Below are positions 60,031 through 64,000 of a stretch of 64,000 nucleotides of DNA, piece after piece. The notes under the pieces were generated by a model. It saw nothing but the letters and a program-made list of their open reading frames with translations, did not search any database and was not told where the DNA came from. The position numbers and the translations under genes are program-made. Every line of letters starts with the position of its first letter. Position 1 is the first letter of the stretch. The stretch is taken from contig DASWKF010000085.1 in assembly GCA_036396795.1 (NCBI GenBank), forward strand, positions 18,368 through 82,367, in the 5' to 3' direction. Source of the DNA: Gammaproteobacteria bacterium. Lineage in GTDB: Bacteria; Pseudomonadota; Gammaproteobacteria; Steroidobacterales; Rariloculaceae.

Positions 60031-60616
60031 AGCCGCCGTGGCGGCGCCTGCTCGCGTAGTCGATCCACGCGAGGCCCGCGACGAAACCGCCGATCAGCGC
60101 CACCACGATCGCACCGAGCACCCAGACGATCGGCACGCTGCCGCGATACAGGTCGAGCCGCCCCTCGTACGATTCGTTTTCCTCTTTGAGACGCGTCAGC
60201 GTGGATTCGATCGCGTCGGAGGAGGCTGCGGTCGCGTCGACCTGCTGTGACAGCTGCGCGAGCTCGCGCTCGGCGGCTTGGCGAGCGGCGTTGCTGCGAT
60301 CGACCTGAGCCTGAAGGGCCGCTAGTGCTGCCTCGGTCTCCGCGACGCGGGCCTGCGCCGGCTTGTCCAGCACGAGATAGGCGGACTTGACCCAGCCGAT
60401 CTCGCCGTCGACGGTTCGGACCCGCGCAAAATTCGGCGTGCGCTCCAGGATCTCGAGCTCGGTGCCGCTGACCAGATTCCTGAAGGGCTGATCGTTCGTG
60501 TCCTCGGCCCGATGCAGGCCGAGACGCAAGATATCGGTGACATAGGCCGTTTCGGCACCCGACAACACAGGCCAGGCCAATAGGACGCCAACCAGGGCTA
60601 GTTTGGGGCAGCTCAC
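60017..60616 (-). CDS. SH3-domain protein with coiled coil and C-terminal membrane anchor (YgiM/TIGR04211-like)
   Basis: Signal peptide, bacterial SH3 segment (YVTDILRLGLHRAEDTNDQPFRNLVSGTELEILE...GWVKSAYL), coiled coil, and a TM helix (IVWVLGAIVVALIGGFVAGLAWI). Confidence 0.7.
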   Translation of the reverse strand: MSCPKLALVGVLLAWPVLSGAETAYVTDILRLGLHRAEDTNDQPFRNLVSGTELEILERTPNFARVRTVDGEIGWVKSAYLVLDKPAQARVAETEAALAALQAQVDRSNAARQAAERELAQLSQQVDATAASSDAIESTLTRLKEENESYEGRLDLYRGSVPIVWVLGAIVVALIGGFVAGLAWIDYASRRRHGGFRVY

Positions 60617-60705
60617 GATAGCCTCCGGGACACTGATGAAGTAGTCAGCGCGTATTATAGGAACAATCGCCGCGCTGAAATGCGAACTGGTCGCAACCTG
60701 GAGCC

Positions 60706-62121
60706 TCAGGGCCGCGCGTGCACCCAGTGCAGCAGAGCTTCCTGCAGCTCCTCGCCGGGACCGCGATGCGCGTCCTTGGTGTTCAATATGACCACCGTGA
60801 CATAGTCGAGACCGTCTCGAGCATGCACGTAACCGGCGACCGCGGCGACGTCGTCCAACCGCCCGGTCTTCAGATGCATCCGTCCGGCCTCCGGATGCCC
60901 CCTGAAGCGTCCGCGCGTCGTGCCGTCGAGCCCGCCCAACGAAAGCGAGGACAGAAACTCCGGCGCCAGAGGGCTCGCGGCCGCGATGAGCAGCACGCGC
61001 CCGACAAGCTCGGCCGAGATTCGCGTCGCCCTCGAGAGGCCGGCACCGTTGTCGATCTCGAGGCCTTCCGTTCGAAGCCCGCGGGTTTCGAGATAGTCGA
61101 CGATTGCGGCATTGCCTGATTCTTGCGTCCCCGGCGTGCCGCCGAACTCGGCGCCCAAGGTGTAGAGCAACTGCCGGGTCATGACGTTGTTGCTGTATTT
61201 GTTCAGGCTCCTGATGACTTCGCTCAGCGGTCGCGAGCTCCAGGTCAGCGCGGGCTCGGCGTCGGCGGGGATTGCGCCGCGCCGCACACCGCCGCGGTGG
61301 CGACCGCCGAGCTCGGCCCAGAGCGTCCGGTACACGCCGTAGGCGAAACTGTCGTGCTCGAGCACCGTGCGGCTCAACGAGTACGGCGAGCAGGCGGCCG
61401 GGAAGCGGCCGTCGAGGACGACCTCGCGCCCCATGGGATAGTCGTCGACACCGAAGCTGATACCGGCCTGATAGATCGAGCAGGCGCCCGGGGAGAGCTC
61501 GAGACGATTGCGAATCTCCAGATTGCTGAGCTCGGGGTCCGTGTCTATACGGACCTCGCCGCGCGCGCTGTCTGCAAGAAACTGGAACCGCACCGTCTTG
61601 AAGTTGACGAGAAATGCGTTGGGCGTCACGTTGTAGGTTCGCAGCGGCTGACCGTCGAACGCACCCGGATCCTCGGTGACCGGAGCGAAAAAGGTATCGT
61701 CTATGACGAGATCGCCATCGACTGCCTCGAGACCGGTCCGACGCAAGGCGCGCAACAGCTTCCAGAATTCCTCGGTGACGAGAAACGGGTCGCCGTAGCC
61801 CTTGAAACCTAGGTCCCCTTGCAGCGCGGTGCCGTCCCAGTCGCCGAGAAAATAGACCTCCGTCGGCCAGCTGTAGGTCGGCCCCAGCGTATCCAGCGCG
61901 ACCCAGGTCGTCAGCAGCTTGATCGTCGACGCGGGATTTCGCGGCGTTTGCGCGAAATGGCTCAACAGCGGCTCGCTAGCACCCACCTGCTGGACGAAGA
62001 TGCTCAGGCCCTCGGGCGGCAGCGCATGGCCGTCGAGGATCCGCTGGATCGGCGCTGGGAGCTCGGTCGCGGCGGCGAGGCCGGCGACACAGATCGAGTA
62101 AAGGGCGATTGCGTTTCGCAT
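60706..62121 (-). CDS. dacB: D-alanyl-D-alanine carboxypeptidase/endopeptidase (PBP4, S13 family)
   Basis: Active-site PASTIKLLT (SxxK), YSNN (SxN), and a KTG triad in HLKTGRL. 471 aa. Confidence 0.88.
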   Translation of the reverse strand: MRNAIALYSICVAGLAAATELPAPIQRILDGHALPPEGLSIFVQQVGASEPLLSHFAQTPRNPASTIKLLTTWVALDTLGPTYSWPTEVYFLGDWDGTALQGDLGFKGYGDPFLVTEEFWKLLRALRRTGLEAVDGDLVIDDTFFAPVTEDPGAFDGQPLRTYNVTPNAFLVNFKTVRFQFLADSARGEVRIDTDPELSNLEIRNRLELSPGACSIYQAGISFGVDDYPMGREVVLDGRFPAACSPYSLSRTVLEHDSFAYGVYRTLWAELGGRHRGGVRRGAIPADAEPALTWSSRPLSEVIRSLNKYSNNVMTRQLLYTLGAEFGGTPGTQESGNAAIVDYLETRGLRTEGLEIDNGAGLSRATRISAELVGRVLLIAAASPLAPEFLSSLSLGGLDGTTRGRFRGHPEAGRMHLKTGRLDDVAAVAGYVHARDGLDYVTVVILNTKDAHRGPGEELQEALLHWVHARP

Positions 62122-62207
62122 GCGGCGTATTCTGCCGAAGCGCGCGCGTCGTGGATAGAACCTATCCCGGCATCCGGCACGCCGCTAAGCAGCGGCGCCG
62201 GAAAAAG

Positions 62208-63998
62208 TCACGAAGCGGAGAGGCGTAGTTGCCGCACCACCGCAGTAGCTTCGTCGGCCAGCACCGGCAACGCCTGGGGCCGCGACAAATAGAAGCCCTG
62301 GCCGTACCGGATCCCGAGCATTGCAAGCTTGGAGGCGATCGCTTCGGTCTCGACGTGCTCCGCTATGACGTCGATCTCCAGCGATCGCGCCGCCTGAGCA
62401 ATGGCAAGCACCATCGACTCGGCCACCCGGTCGGTCGCGACCCGGCGCACGAGATCGCCGTCGATCTTGATGTATTGCACAGGAAGCGTTCGCAGATAGG
62501 CCAGCGAGCTCAAGCCCCGGCCGAAGTCGTCGAGGGCGATCTTGACTCCGAGCTTGTGCAGGCTGCGGATGAACGTCTCGGCCTCTTGCATGTGATGCGC
62601 CGCCGAGGATTCCCTGAGCTCCACGCAGAACGACTGCGGCGGCAATCCCGAGCCCTGGAGCTGCTCCAGCAGGAACTCCCTGAAGCTGTCACTCTGAAAC
62701 GATTGCGCCGATACGTTGATACTGATCCATCCGACGTCGATGAGCGTACTCACGTTGGCCTTGAAGGTTCGCAACATCGCGCCGAGCACCCATCGATCGA
62801 GTGCCGGCAGCAGATGATACCGCTGCGCCGCCGCGAGGAACTTGTCGGGTCCGACGTACTCGTTGCCGTCCTTCATGCGCATCAGTATTTCGTGGCCCAG
62901 GATCGCGGAGTGGTTGTCGAGGCGGTGGATGGGTTGGGCCTCGAGACCGAATCGATTTGCTTTCAGCGCGCTCTGAAGATTCGCGAACGCGATCGCGTCG
63001 CTGCGGTGCGCCACCGCGAAAGGGTTGTCGGCGTGGGATACTTCGACTCGATTGCGACCGAGCTGCTTGGCACGCTTGCAGGCGAACTCCGCCGCGGCGA
63101 TCGCGTGAGAGATCGTCTGCCCGGAGCCGGCGATTCTACCGACTCCGATGCTCACGGAAACGGGCGTCGCCCTGTTGCCGTGCATGTACGTCAATTGACT
63201 CATTGCCGCTCGAAGCCGCTCGGCCAACGCCTCCGGGTCGATGGATGCGGACGGTGGAAGCATCACGACGAATCGATCTGCGCCCAAGCGGCCGGCGATG
63301 CCTTCGGCGGCCACGTGCTCGCGGATCACGACGGCGAGTCGCTGGATGACCTCGTCGCCGGCATGGAATCCGAAAGCGCTGTTGATCACGTGCAGGCCGT
63401 CGATGTCCAGATACAGCAACGCCGACTCGGAATCCTCCTCGGACGAGTCGAGCACGGCCTGAGCACCCCGCTCGAAAGCGTAACGGTTCAACAGACCCGT
63501 CAAGTCGTCGTAGCGGTTCGTCAGCAGATTCATGGCCTTGCGGCTCATGAACTCGACGATGCTTACGTCCCGTTCCTCGAAATCCTCGGCGTCGACCGCG
63601 CGGAACAACCCCAACAGGCCGATGACCCGGTTGTTGGCGTCGTGCACGGGACAAGACAATATCTTGTATGACGGCACATGCTTCGCGCTCGCGTCGGCGG
63701 AGACGCGATTGACGACCATGGCTCGATTGTGAAGCTGCAGCCACGCAAGCAGATGCTTATGTGTCTTGGTCAGAAGCGTCTGACCTTGGGCGTCTTGATC
63801 GCCGTCCGTCGCACAGCAGATGGTGAGATTCCGGTCCGGGATGATCAGTGCTCCGACGACCGCCTGGAGGTGCATCGCGCACTGCCGCACGAGGTATTCC
63901 AAGCCGTCCGATTCTGCTCGGTCGCCCTCGCCGACTTCGAGCAGAAACCTGATATCGGCGGGTTGTGCTGCCGGCGCGGGCATTCGCAGTGCCGGCAT
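62208..63998 (-). CDS. GAF - degenerate GGDEF - EAL signalling protein (probable c-di-GMP phosphodiesterase)
   Basis: GAF-like N-terminus. The GGDEF position reads RLGADRFVVML (degenerate). EAL domain (HEILMRM, LDDFGRGLSSLAYL, QGFYLSRP). The start codon is 2 nt from the window edge, so the true N-terminus may lie outside. Confidence 0.8.
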   Translation of the reverse strand: MPALRMPAPAAQPADIRFLLEVGEGDRAESDGLEYLVRQCAMHLQAVVGALIIPDRNLTICCATDGDQDAQGQTLLTKTHKHLLAWLQLHNRAMVVNRVSADASAKHVPSYKILSCPVHDANNRVIGLLGLFRAVDAEDFEERDVSIVEFMSRKAMNLLTNRYDDLTGLLNRYAFERGAQAVLDSSEEDSESALLYLDIDGLHVINSAFGFHAGDEVIQRLAVVIREHVAAEGIAGRLGADRFVVMLPPSASIDPEALAERLRAAMSQLTYMHGNRATPVSVSIGVGRIAGSGQTISHAIAAAEFACKRAKQLGRNRVEVSHADNPFAVAHRSDAIAFANLQSALKANRFGLEAQPIHRLDNHSAILGHEILMRMKDGNEYVGPDKFLAAAQRYHLLPALDRWVLGAMLRTFKANVSTLIDVGWISINVSAQSFQSDSFREFLLEQLQGSGLPPQSFCVELRESSAAHHMQEAETFIRSLHKLGVKIALDDFGRGLSSLAYLRTLPVQYIKIDGDLVRRVATDRVAESMVLAIAQAARSLEIDVIAEHVETEAIASKLAMLGIRYGQGFYLSRPQALPVLADEATAVVRQLRLSAS

Positions 63999-64000
63999 CG

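Overview
High-GC chromosomal segment whose gene content and synteny look gammaproteobacterial (pcm-rhodanese-tolC; tsaD divergent from rpsU-yqeY-dnaG-rpoD; glnK-amtB; msrPQ). I support about 55 protein-coding genes, and almost all are core housekeeping. They include mpl, rnd, adk, PPi-type pfk plus H+-PPase, hldE, a split class II RNR (nrdJa/nrdJb), hsp20, an HtrA protease, cca, folB, tsaD, the macromolecular-synthesis operon, ddl, a TonB-dependent receptor, wzi, an Lhr-type helicase, ogt, korAB with a fused GltD-like/ferredoxin reductase, and dacB. There are also two c-di-GMP turnover proteins. I saw no CRISPR array, transposase, integrase, prophage or recognisable defence island. The main finding is a tRNA(CAU) gene just downstream of rpoD that is split in its anticodon loop by a 235-nt ORF-less group I intron. 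That intron has the full P/Q/R/S core, a GUG guide sequence and a terminal G. Secondary points are the regulatory region between nrdJ and hsp20 (NrdR box, AT-rich island, near-consensus sigma-32 promoter), helically phased direct repeats upstream of a PAS-GGDEF-EAL gene, a PPi-economy gene trio, and the korAB redox module. The many long antisense ORFs in the track are high-GC artefacts. All calls come from reading the sequence and from remembered family signatures; no searches were run.
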